In this document: positions 20,492-29,455 of the stretch, piece by piece
How the letters are laid out: every line of letters starts with the position of its first letter
How positions within the stretch are numbered: position 1 is the first letter of the stretch
Source of the DNA: Spirochaetes bacterium ADurb.Bin218
GTDB taxonomy: Bacteria; Spirochaetota; UBA4802; UBA5550
Reading direction: 5' to 3'
DNA: 64,000 nt
Assembly (NCBI GenBank): GCA_002069965.1
Contig: MWCI01000011.1
Coordinates: 2,285-66,284, forward strand
Notes under the pieces: generated by a model
Database searches by the model: none
What the model was told of the DNA's origin: nothing
The model's input: only the letters and a program-made list of their open reading frames with translations
Translations under genes and position numbers: made by a program

Positions 20492-22141
20492 ATGATGGCA
20501 TACCAGGTAATAGCCCGCAAGTGGCGTCCTCAGGATTTTAACGAAGTAGTATTTCAACAACACGTTACAAAGACTATCCGAAATAGTATAAAGCAGGGAA
20601 GGATTTCTCATGCCTATTTGTTTTCCGGACCAAGAGGTGTTGGCAAAACAACAATGGCAAGGATCCTTGCAAAGGCTCTTAATTGCATTCATGGACCAAC
20701 AGCAGATCCCTGTGGAGTTTGTGAAAACTGTCTGGAGATAAAGCAGGGTAATTCCTTTGATGTTATAGAGATAGATGGCGCTTCCAATAATGGCGTTGAT
20801 AACATAAGGGAGCTTCGGGAAAATGTGAATTTTGCTCCAGTTAAATCCCGCTATAAGATCTATATAATAGATGAAGTCCACATGGTTACAACAGCTGCAT
20901 TTAATGCTCTGCTTAAAACTCTTGAGGAACCTCCTCCTCACATAGTATTTATTTTTGCTACAACAGAAATTCATAAGTTGCCTGAGACAATACTATCCAG
21001 ATGTCAGAAATTTTTCTTTAAAAAGATCCCATCAGAGGTAGTTGTAGACCATCTCAAACATATAGTTGAAAGAGAGGGCTATGGTATCTCTGAAAAGGCT
21101 CTTTATCAGATAGCAAGGATTGCAGATGGCTCAATGCGAGATGCTCAGTCTCTACTGGAACAGGTCATTTCATTTTCAGGGGTTTCAGGTAATGAACTGG
21201 AAATCTCCCATGAGGATGCTTTGACTATACTTGGGATTGTGCCTCTTGAGAGCTATATGAGGCTCTTTAGCCTTATTGCTGCAAAGGATAGACTATCAAT
21301 AATTGAAGAAATAGATCGAATAATCTCCTCCGGTATTGATGTTGCAAGATATTCATCAGGGCTCATTGATGCAATTAGATATCTGAGATTGATAAAAAGT
21401 GGGATAGAGGCCTCAAATCTTATAGATTTGTCCACTGAAGAGATTAAGGGATTAAGGGCAAGTGGTGAGGCAATATCAGATGAGGAGTTATCAAAGATCT
21501 TTTCAATAGCCATAGATCTTTCAAAAAACTTAAGGTTTTCTTCAAATGATAGAGTTTATCTGGAGATGGCTCTGCTTGATATGGTGTCTGTAATAGATAC
21601 TCCTTCACTGGCAGAGATATTGCAAAAGATAGAAAAAATAAACTTTGGTAAGCTTCCCTCAGGGGAGGGGGCAGCAACTCCTAAAAATACAAAGACATTG
21701 TCCATTGTAGATAGCTGGAATGAAATGCTATCAGAGCTTGAGGCAAAGAAAAATAAATTTTTTGTGATATTGAGACCTGCAAAGATTTTAGCTGAAAATG
21801 AAAATCTTTTTTTGAGTTATCCCGATGACCTTGATGATCGCAATTACCTTGAATCCTTAACAGATGAGTTAAAATCTTATATAGAGAAAACTCTTTCAAA
21901 AAAAACAGGGAAATCTATAAAAATTGTTATTGATTCAAAAAAGTCAGAAAATAAAGTCAAGGTAGAGGATTATCTTGATGATTCTGAATCAATGGATGAT
22001 GATAATTCGCCTATTCCAGATTCGATTATGGAACGCAACCCAGAGCTTGATGATTATAAAGTGGAGAGTCAGGCTGTTAAAAAGATTCAAAATGCCTTTT
22101 ATGGCCAGATAATAGATAATAAAGGAGAAAGCAAATGCTGA
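20492..22141 (+). CDS. dnaX: DNA polymerase III subunit gamma/tau
   Basis: ARKWRPQDF, Walker A GPRGVGKTT, IYIIDEVHM, zinc-module cysteines. Start moved to ATG 20492 because the track's extension reads through tRNA-Ser. Confidence 0.9.
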   Translation: MMAYQVIARKWRPQDFNEVVFQQHVTKTIRNSIKQGRISHAYLFSGPRGVGKTTMARILAKALNCIHGPTADPCGVCENCLEIKQGNSFDVIEIDGASNNGVDNIRELRENVNFAPVKSRYKIYIIDEVHMVTTAAFNALLKTLEEPPPHIVFIFATTEIHKLPETILSRCQKFFFKKIPSEVVVDHLKHIVEREGYGISEKALYQIARIADGSMRDAQSLLEQVISFSGVSGNELEISHEDALTILGIVPLESYMRLFSLIAAKDRLSIIEEIDRIISSGIDVARYSSGLIDAIRYLRLIKSGIEASNLIDLSTEEIKGLRASGEAISDEELSKIFSIAIDLSKNLRFSSNDRVYLEMALLDMVSVIDTPSLAEILQKIEKINFGKLPSGEGAATPKNTKTLSIVDSWNEMLSELEAKKNKFFVILRPAKILAENENLFLSYPDDLDDRNYLESLTDELKSYIEKTLSKKTGKSIKIVIDSKKSENKVKVEDYLDDSESMDDDNSPIPDSIMERNPELDDYKVESQAVKKIQNAFYGQIIDNKGESKC

Positions 22142-22449
22142 AAGGACTTGGAGACTTAGGTCAAATAATGAAGATGCAAAAGGAAATGAAAAATATTCAG
22201 AAGAAAATTCAGAAAACAAAAATTGAAGGTCAAAGCTCAGATGGAAGTGTTAAGGTCACTGTAAATGGGGAGTTTTCTCTTCTTGATATATCCATAAGTG
22301 AAGAGCTTGTTCGCTCTGGCGATGTAAAAAAGATCGAAAAAATGGTTTCCTCTGCTGTAAATGATGCAATCACTAAAGCAAAGGATTTTTCGGCTGAAGA
22401 AATGAAGAAAATTGCAGGCGGAATGGATCTTGGAAGCCTATTTAAATAA
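22135..22449 (+). CDS. ybaB: nucleoid-associated protein YbaB/EbfC
   Basis: 104 aa, typical N-terminus, conserved dnaX-ybaB-recR order. Confidence 0.85.
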   Translation: MLKGLGDLGQIMKMQKEMKNIQKKIQKTKIEGQSSDGSVKVTVNGEFSLLDISISEELVRSGDVKKIEKMVSSAVNDAITKAKDFSAEEMKKIAGGMDLGSLFK

Positions 22450-22458
22450 AAGGTAACA

Positions 22459-23058
22459 ATGGCATCACCTTCATATTATCTTGAGAAAGTAACAAAGGAA
22501 TTTGCAAAACTTCCTGGTATAGGTCACAAGAGTGCCTCCAGAATTGCTTTTCATCTTCTTAAGATGGGGAAGGGTGATGTCTATTCCCTGATTAGCTCTA
22601 TTACTGAACTTATAGATAATATAAAATTTTGTGAAATATGTGGAGGCATATCAGATAATAATATCTGTGCAATATGCTCTGACACTACGAGAGATAAAAA
22701 TACTTTATGTGTGGTGGAGAGTGCAAGGGATATATTAATTGTAGAAGCCTCTAAAAAATATAATGGCCTGTATCATGTTTTATCAGGACTTATCTCTCCC
22801 CTTGATGGAATAGGTCCAGATGATCTTAATATTAAGACTCTTGAACAGCGATGCAGGGATGAAAGCTTCTCTGAGATAATTATAGCCCTGAGTCCAACCA
22901 TAGAGGGAGATGCTACTACATTGTATATTGCTTCAATGCTTTCTTCACTAAAGTTGAACATTACAAGAATTGCCCATGGATTGCCCGTTGGCAGTGATCT
23001 GGAATACGCAGATAGCGCTACTATATCAAAATCCTTTGAAGGCAGAGTCAGAATCTAA
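22459..23058 (+). CDS. recR: recombination protein RecR
   Basis: HhH N-terminus LPGIGHKSASRIA, C4 zinc finger CEICGGISDNNICAICSD, Toprim region. Confidence 0.95.
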   Translation: MASPSYYLEKVTKEFAKLPGIGHKSASRIAFHLLKMGKGDVYSLISSITELIDNIKFCEICGGISDNNICAICSDTTRDKNTLCVVESARDILIVEASKKYNGLYHVLSGLISPLDGIGPDDLNIKTLEQRCRDESFSEIIIALSPTIEGDATTLYIASMLSSLKLNITRIAHGLPVGSDLEYADSATISKSFEGRVRI

Positions 23059-24386
23059 TTTTTATTTTTTTTATCCCGTTTTTTGCCCTCTATTTCTATA
23101 ATCACAGGAAGCCCTTCCATATCGAGCTCTTCTTTTAGGGCTTTTTCAAAGTATCGGATTGTATCTTTTCTAAAGTTTTTTTCATTATTAACAAAAAATT
23201 TAAATCGTGGTGGCATAGTCTCTGTTTGGACAGCATAGTAGACCTTAATTGTTTCGCCAAGCTGAGGAATCCTTGCTTTGTTTTTGATCTCAGCTATTAT
23301 CCTGTTTAGAGTAGGGGTATCTATTCTCCTTGTTGATTTCTCCTTTAGCATAAGAGCTGTTTGCAGAAGCTTATCTATACGAAGTTTATTTTTTGCAGAT
23401 ATTGATATTATAGGGAAATCTGCGGCTCTATAAAATTTAAAAATGAGCTTATCCTTGAATTCATTGAAAGTTTTGTGATCCTTTTCCAGACAATCCCACT
23501 TGTTTATGGCAATAATAACAGGTTTTCCAGATTTTATTATTTCATCAGATATTTTTTTATCATTTTCTGTAAGCCCCACTGTGGCATCTATGAGATGGAT
23601 TGCAATATCACATCTTTTTATTGAGTCAATAGTTCTTGTCAAAGAGTAGAATTCAATATTTTCAGATATTTTGCTCTTTTTTCTTATTCCAGCAGTGTCA
23701 ATTATTTGGATTGTTTTGCCATGGTAAGAGAATGTTTCATCTACGGAGTCTCTTGTTGTGCCAGGTATATCGGAGACAATAGATCTTTGATATCCAATAA
23801 ATGAGTTAAGAAGCGTAGATTTCCCAGAATTTGGTCTTCCAATTATGGCGATTTTAATGTCAGGTTCAGGTATTGATGTTTTTTTAACAGGTAACAGCCT
23901 TGTGATATTATCAAGTAGAAGATTGACATTAAATCTTCTCAAAGCAGAAATAGGTATAAGTTCATTAAATCCAAGTTCATAGAAATTAGGCAGATACTCC
24001 ATTTTCTCATTGCTATCAATTTTGTTAACAGCGACTATTACAGGAATATTGATTTTTCTAACAATATTTGCAAGCTCAAAGTCAAAGGAATCCAAATCAG
24101 GAGCTTCAAGGAGTAGTATTATGAGGGAGCTCTTTGAAAGATGCAACTGAGCATTGGCAATTATCTCCGCTGAAAGCTCAGCAGAAGATGATATATCAAG
24201 ACCTGGTGTGTCAGAGAGTATGAATCCTATATTATTATGGATAACGCTATGGGAAATAATGTCGCGGGTAAGGCCAGGTACAGGATCTACAATAGACTTT
24301 TTATCTTTTATAATTGCATTAAAGAGAGTAGATTTCCCAACATTTTGTCTGCCCACTATTGATACAATTGGAAGTTTTGATGCCAT
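23055..24386 (-). CDS. der: ribosome-assembly GTPase Der (EngA)
   Basis: Two tandem GTPase domains (GRQNVGKST and GRPNSGKST) plus a KH-like C-terminus. Confidence 0.95.
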   Translation of the reverse strand: MASKLPIVSIVGRQNVGKSTLFNAIIKDKKSIVDPVPGLTRDIISHSVIHNNIGFILSDTPGLDISSSAELSAEIIANAQLHLSKSSLIILLLEAPDLDSFDFELANIVRKINIPVIVAVNKIDSNEKMEYLPNFYELGFNELIPISALRRFNVNLLLDNITRLLPVKKTSIPEPDIKIAIIGRPNSGKSTLLNSFIGYQRSIVSDIPGTTRDSVDETFSYHGKTIQIIDTAGIRKKSKISENIEFYSLTRTIDSIKRCDIAIHLIDATVGLTENDKKISDEIIKSGKPVIIAINKWDCLEKDHKTFNEFKDKLIFKFYRAADFPIISISAKNKLRIDKLLQTALMLKEKSTRRIDTPTLNRIIAEIKNKARIPQLGETIKVYYAVQTETMPPRFKFFVNNEKNFRKDTIRYFEKALKEELDMEGLPVIIEIEGKKRDKKNKN

Positions 24387-24723
24387 GTTGATGTTACACT
24401 CCAGTTGTGAATTTAAAATATATTAGCGAATATAAATAAGCAAGTTTTTAAAATTATTATTTATAGACAAAGACATGCCTTATTTAAGTCAAGAGATAAA
24501 TTTCCCTTATAATAAGTCGCTTTATTTGAATTAAATTTAACATTAAATGAGGGGAAAGAGATGTGAAAAATTTTTTGTTTATAAATTTTGAATTTTTTTT
24601 CGATAAAATTGATGTGTTAATTGCATTGTTGTATGATTTTTTTATTTTTTACTTGAAATATTATAATAGTATGTTACTGTTATGATATAAGTTGCATTAA
24701 AAAAAATTTTTGAGGTGTATTTC

Positions 24724-24927
24724 ATGGCAAGTGCTAAGCAACTTGAGAACAACATTAAAAGAAAGAAAGACAAGATTGCTAAACTTCAGAAGGAAATCAA
24801 AACTGAAGAAGCAGCAATAGCTAAGCTCGAAAAGGATCTGGCTGTTGCAAAGAAGAAAGAAGCCGAGAAGCCAAAGCCTAAGGCAAAGGCTAAAGCTGCG
24901 GCAAAACCAAAAGCTCCAAAGAAATAG
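24724..24927 (+). CDS. 67-aa coiled-coil / Lys-Ala-Pro-rich (histone H1-like tail) protein
   Basis: GAGGTG (24712-24717) lies 6 nt before ATG 24724. C-terminus AEKPKPKAKAKAAAKPKAPKK. A strong terminator follows. Confidence 0.5.
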   Translation: MASAKQLENNIKRKKDKIAKLQKEIKTEEAAIAKLEKDLAVAKKKEAEKPKPKAKAKAAAKPKAPKK

Positions 24928-24940
24928 GTTCTTTCAAAAA

Positions 24941-24967
24941 AAGAGGGTTCTTAACCCTCTTTTTTTT
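24941..24967 (+). terminator. rho-independent terminator
   Basis: AAGAGGGTT-CTT-AACCCTCTT hairpin followed by a T7 run and preceded by an A-run. Confidence 0.7.
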
Positions 24968-25088
24968 ATTAATTATATTGAAAAAGCCTTTGCCTGCCGA
25001 TATTATTTGTATAAACCCGAATGTGTTGTTTTGATGAGTAACTTGCTTTTCTTTAATTATTCATATATTATTTACGGAGAGTACGGTC

Positions 25089-26261
25089 TTGCTTAAGGTT
25101 GAACAGAGAAAATTGAGAAATTTTAATCAGTTTCAGACAATTGAAGATGTTCTCAGGTTGTTGAAGGAACAATTTTCTACGAGGAAGTTGTATATTAAAT
25201 ATGATGTGGATAAGCGAGAAGTAATGATTAATGAATATAATCCTGATAATACCTTGATGGTTGTTACCGATCCTAATTATAAACATTCAGGTGATATTAT
25301 TATATATGGGCTTTCTGATAAATATATTGAAATAGATTTAGAAGTTCTGGATCAAATAGGACCTGGATATTATAAATGCAGAATTAAAAGTGCAAGAAGA
25401 GCAACAGAGGGTAGAAGGGATTTGCGTTTTAAGATAAATCCAGGGGAGGCAGTGGCTACTAATTTCCGTGTATCCAAGCATACAATTGAGCTAACCAGAT
25501 TTAATATTCCAACAAGCATTAAAGTAGTAATAGAGCAGTTCCAATCTGTTAATTCCAAGTTTGCAGATATATTCAGGGTGGATGTATTTTCTCTTGAAAA
25601 CAAGGATATAGCTTTAAAGCACATAAAAAATACAGGAAAGACTTTATTTATAGAAGATACCACCAATCCTGAATCATATAAGTCTATGACCGAAGACTTT
25701 GTAGATATTGCAGCTTTATATGGTAATGATCTTGATAAACTCATAAAGAGAAATATAGAAAAGGGATTTAAGTCTATAATCATTGTTCCTGTCATTTATA
25801 TAACAGAAGATGAGAAGTCTATTAATTTTGCTTATATACAGGCCATTTCAAAAACAGATACACTTGGACTTGATAAAGTAATAGAGATGAAGGAAATGTC
25901 CTTTAAGCTTGTTGATAGAATAAGGGATGCTAATACAATTCTTGTCTCTGTTCATCAGCCAATAATTGATGTGAGCAGGGGCGGAGCAAAGCTTAAAATA
26001 ACTGATCCAGATCTGAAAAAATATATACAAAAATCAAAAGGCTTTATATTTGATATTGTTTTTAAATTGCAGGCACCTCTTACAATATATGGGGAGATTA
26101 AATCTATAACATTTGATCCCAATGGTGATATGTATATTGGAGTTGATTTTGAGGGTAACTCTTCACGAAAAGATGAAATGAAGAGATTTTATGATGTTTT
26201 AAAACCAATGGAGATCGAATACAAATCAAAGCTCATGAAAAGCATGAAGAATAAAAAGTAA
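25089..26261 (+). CDS. 390-aa protein with degenerate PilZ-like motifs
   Basis: GGAG (25076-25079) precedes TTG 25089. RRDLR (aa 109-113) fits RxxxR and DVSRGG (aa 294-299) fits D-x-S-x-x-G, but they are about 185 aa apart. Confidence 0.4.
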   Translation: MLKVEQRKLRNFNQFQTIEDVLRLLKEQFSTRKLYIKYDVDKREVMINEYNPDNTLMVVTDPNYKHSGDIIIYGLSDKYIEIDLEVLDQIGPGYYKCRIKSARRATEGRRDLRFKINPGEAVATNFRVSKHTIELTRFNIPTSIKVVIEQFQSVNSKFADIFRVDVFSLENKDIALKHIKNTGKTLFIEDTTNPESYKSMTEDFVDIAALYGNDLDKLIKRNIEKGFKSIIIVPVIYITEDEKSINFAYIQAISKTDTLGLDKVIEMKEMSFKLVDRIRDANTILVSVHQPIIDVSRGGAKLKITDPDLKKYIQKSKGFIFDIVFKLQAPLTIYGEIKSITFDPNGDMYIGVDFEGNSSRKDEMKRFYDVLKPMEIEYKSKLMKSMKNKK

Positions 26262-26270
26262 ATAAGCTTT

Positions 26271-26972
26271 TTATTTTCTGGCTATCTCCGCATCAGACAT
26301 CCTTGCATAAAAAGGAAGAGTAAGATTATAGGATTCATACAGGCCTTTGTCTTTATTATAGAGAGCAAGAGCTATTCTGCAGGCAATATCCCCAGATGGT
26401 AGAAAATCTTCTTTAATTGTATAGCTAAAACCTATAGATTCTGCCATTGCAGCAATTTCTTTTTTGTATAAAATAGAGCCATCCCCTATGCACAGAACCC
26501 TTTCACCCTTTTTTATATCTTTTAGCAGAAAATTTATATCATAATCCCCTGCAGATATAATAGATTCAGGTATTGCAGTGTTATTTTTTGCATACAAAGC
26601 TCCAAAGACTCTGCCTTTTTTTGCATCAAAGGCAACAAGTATTTTATCTTCTTCACAAAGAAGAGCAGCTGAAGCTCCATATATATCGTGAGTAATAAGC
26701 CCTACAAGAGGAACTTCTAAGATTTGAGCCATCATTCTTGCTGTAGACACAGCAATTCTAACCCCGGTGAAAGAACCTGGACCTATCCCTGTAGCAATTA
26801 AGTTAAGATCTCTCATTTTGACATTTCCCTGATTGAGCAAATTGAGGAGATTTTCAAAAATAGTAACGGAGTGAGATCTCTGTGTGTCATTGCAAAATTG
26901 TAAAGTGGTTTCAGCTGTTCTCAAAGCAATGAGTTCTATATTTGTTGCTGTGTCAATTGTAAGGATATTCAA
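26271..26972 (-). CDS. tsaB: tRNA t6A37 synthesis protein TsaB
   Basis: ILTIDTAT N-terminus and GPGSFTGVRI motif. GGAGGA lies 6 nt before TTG 26972; the track start 26996 is probably too early. Confidence 0.85.
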   Translation of the reverse strand: MNILTIDTATNIELIALRTAETTLQFCNDTQRSHSVTIFENLLNLLNQGNVKMRDLNLIATGIGPGSFTGVRIAVSTARMMAQILEVPLVGLITHDIYGASAALLCEEDKILVAFDAKKGRVFGALYAKNNTAIPESIISAGDYDINFLLKDIKKGERVLCIGDGSILYKKEIAAMAESIGFSYTIKEDFLPSGDIACRIALALYNKDKGLYESYNLTLPFYARMSDAEIARK

Positions 26973-27378
26973 TTGTAATCCTCCGTTGAAAATCATTTAT
27001 ATATTCAATAAAAACTTCAATTCTATTTTTGGGTAACCTTGAACTGGCTCTTTCTGGCCATTCTATTACAGATACCCCATCCTTTTCCCAGTATTCTTCA
27101 AAAAACAGATTATTTAATTCGTTTTCACTTTCAATTCTATAAAGGTCAAAGTGATAAAAAGTTTTTTGTCCTTTATATATTTCCATAAGACTAAAGGTTG
27201 GACTTGTGATATCTTCGCTAATTCCAAGCCCAAGGGCTATTCCTTTGGAAAGAGTTGTTTTTCCTGTGCCCAGATCGCCATATATAGCTATTAAATCTCC
27301 CTCCCTGGCTTTTTCCCCTAAGATTTTACCAATTTTAAGAGTTTCTTCAGGGTTGTTTGTTACGAATACCTCTTTCAT
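26953..27378 (-). CDS. tsaE: tRNA t6A37 synthesis ATPase TsaE
   Basis: 141 aa; P-loop GDLGTGKTT; HFDLYR motif. Confidence 0.85.
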   Translation of the reverse strand: MKEVFVTNNPEETLKIGKILGEKAREGDLIAIYGDLGTGKTTLSKGIALGLGISEDITSPTFSLMEIYKGQKTFYHFDLYRIESENELNNLFFEEYWEKDGVSVIEWPERASSRLPKNRIEVFIEYINDFQRRITIEYPYN

Positions 27379-27801
27379 CTGGTGAATTTATACTTCCTAT
27401 GTAATTTAATAAAAAGGATTCTTTGAGTCAAACTTTAATTGAAAATATTAGATGCTTATGATTAAAAGTGCTTTAATATTGTAAAGAATTTTAAAAAAAT
27501 TGTAAAGTTTAAAATTTTCCTGATTTGACAGATTTTTTCAGTAATTATCCCTAAATATAATTTTTAGTGTAAAATTAAGAAAATATTATCCCTGAATCCT
27601 TAGGCTGCAGGAATAATAGAGTATTTTTATTTTAAAAGAAGTTAGGGAATAAATACTGGATTTTTTAAATTTTAAAACAGATAAGATAAAGATTTAGCAA
27701 TTTTTGTCTGTTTTAATTTCAATATTTTTTTATAGAATTGAAATTTTTTAATTGCAGATATAATTATGCGTTCTTTTATGGTAAAAAAATTTTAAAAAGG
27801 T

Positions 27802-28401
27802 GTGACATTGAGAGCCAACAGCAAGGAAGAAAAAGTTAAAGAACGCAAAAAGAGAATAACAGAAGCTCTTAAGAGGCTGTTGCAGAGGCAGGTTTACTCA
27901 CAGATTTCCATTCAGGAAATAGCTGATGAGTCGGGCTATTCCAAAGGTGGAGTTTTGCATTATTTCCCAACAAAGGACGATATCTATATAGAGCTTATAA
28001 ATGAGCTTTATGCAGATCTTGAATATAATCATAGAAGACTTTTGCAGATAGATCTTGATCCAGATGAAATAGCTCCAATATCTTCTCTTTTGAGTGTTGA
28101 AAGCTTTGTACTTGATCGATCTAATATAATTATACTTATCAATGTAATACTATATTCCTTTGAAAATGAAACCATAAGGAATATGATCAAAAAATTCTTT
28201 GCAAATCACAGGCTATTTTTTGAAACAATTCTTAGAGAAAATATGCGAGATAAAACAGGACCCTTTGATCTTGATACAAAGACAATAGCACGGGTTATTC
28301 AGTCAGTGGTCTTTTTTATGGGCGTCATAGAGGAATTTGATCCAATTGATCTGGATTATGCAAAGATTGTTCGCTATGTAACAGATCTTCTCAGATCCTG
28401 A
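27802..28401 (+). CDS. TetR/AcrR-family transcriptional regulator
   Basis: N-terminal HTH ISIQEIADESGYSKGGVLHYFPTKDDIY. Start may be TTG 27808. Confidence 0.85.
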   Translation: MTLRANSKEEKVKERKKRITEALKRLLQRQVYSQISIQEIADESGYSKGGVLHYFPTKDDIYIELINELYADLEYNHRRLLQIDLDPDEIAPISSLLSVESFVLDRSNIIILINVILYSFENETIRNMIKKFFANHRLFFETILRENMRDKTGPFDLDTKTIARVIQSVVFFMGVIEEFDPIDLDYAKIVRYVTDLLRS

Positions 28402-28406
28402 ATTTG

Positions 28407-28434
28407 GGCTACAACCTGATTGTAGTCTCTTTTT
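28407..28434 (+). terminator. probable rho-independent terminator after the TetR gene
   Basis: GGCTACAA-CCTGA-TTGTAGTC hairpin followed by TCTTTTT. Confidence 0.5.
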
Positions 28435-28540
28435 GCCTTTGCTAAAGATGTAATTTTATTCAGGCAATTGTCAAAATGACATTGTAAAAACACTTGCTAA
28501 TTCCATCCTTTTTTAATAATATTCCAATGGATTTTTACAA

Positions 28541-29455
28541 ATGGAGAGCCTTTTGATGATAAACAGGGATGAGCTTTATAGCAATCTCAACAACGGCTTG
28601 CTCAGGGAGAGATCTCGCATATTAAAGAGCAATTTAGAAAAAAATCTTCCACTTATAAAAAAAAATGGGGGATTGCAAAAGATTGTTAAGGATCTTGACG
28701 GTAAGGAGGTCTTTGTAATAGGAGCAGGTCCCTCTCTTGATAAGGAATTGCCTATTTTAAAGAAGTATTCTGAAAGATTGAATGTGGTATATATTGCAAC
28801 AGATATGGCCTTGAGGCCATTGTATGAATATGGGATTACCCCTCACTATGTTATAACATGTGAAACAACGGCTTCTGATTTTTTTTCCTCTATGGATACA
28901 TCGCGCTCTCATCTTCTGGCCTTTTCTTGCTGTAGCCATTCAAATCTCCGCAAGTGGAATGGTAAAATAAGCTTTTATAATTGGATGATTGAAAATGATT
29001 TTTATTCATTGCTGTGGGATGAGGCGGGGAGAGATTTGGGTTTTGTTGCAACAGGTAGCATCGTCACTACTCAGGCTATATCTATTGTCCTTGGCTGTGG
29101 CATTTCATCTCTGGTTATAGTTGCAAATGATATGGCTTTTTATGATCGCTTCTATGCAGAAAATACTCTTAGGGGAATTAAAAGAACATTAAATATTACA
29201 AGGCTAAATCCTGTGAGCAATTTTGATTTTAAAATTTCAAGAAATGCCAGATTTTATGATATATTTAGAAATGGCAAAAAATACTATACAAACGATCAGT
29301 TTCTTGCTGCCAAATACTGGCTGGAAGAGCTTTTTGGAAGCAGACCCTTTCCAGTTGTAGATTGCAGTGAACCTGGATGTTCAGAAAAATATGTAACAAA
29401 GATGACTTTGAAGAATTATTTTGAAAAAAAGAATAAGAGAGGTAAAAGGCCATGA
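28541..29455 (+). CDS. DUF115 / MptE-like (motility-accessory-factor-like) protein
   Basis: 304 aa; VFVIGAGPSLD glycine-rich motif and overall DUF115-like pattern. TGA overlaps the flbD ATG. Confidence 0.55.
   Translation: MESLLMINRDELYSNLNNGLLRERSRILKSNLEKNLPLIKKNGGLQKIVKDLDGKEVFVIGAGPSLDKELPILKKYSERLNVVYIATDMALRPLYEYGITPHYVITCETTASDFFSSMDTSRSHLLAFSCCSHSNLRKWNGKISFYNWMIENDFYSLLWDEAGRDLGFVATGSIVTTQAISIVLGCGISSLVIVANDMAFYDRFYAENTLRGIKRTLNITRLNPVSNFDFKISRNARFYDIFRNGKKYYTNDQFLAAKYWLEELFGSRPFPVVDCSEPGCSEKYVTKMTLKNYFEKKNKRGKRP

Noticed and set aside
20378-20974. 198-aa minus-strand ORF
   Set aside because: It overlaps tRNA-Ser and the conserved N-terminal AAA+ region of dnaX on the opposite strand, so it is spurious.
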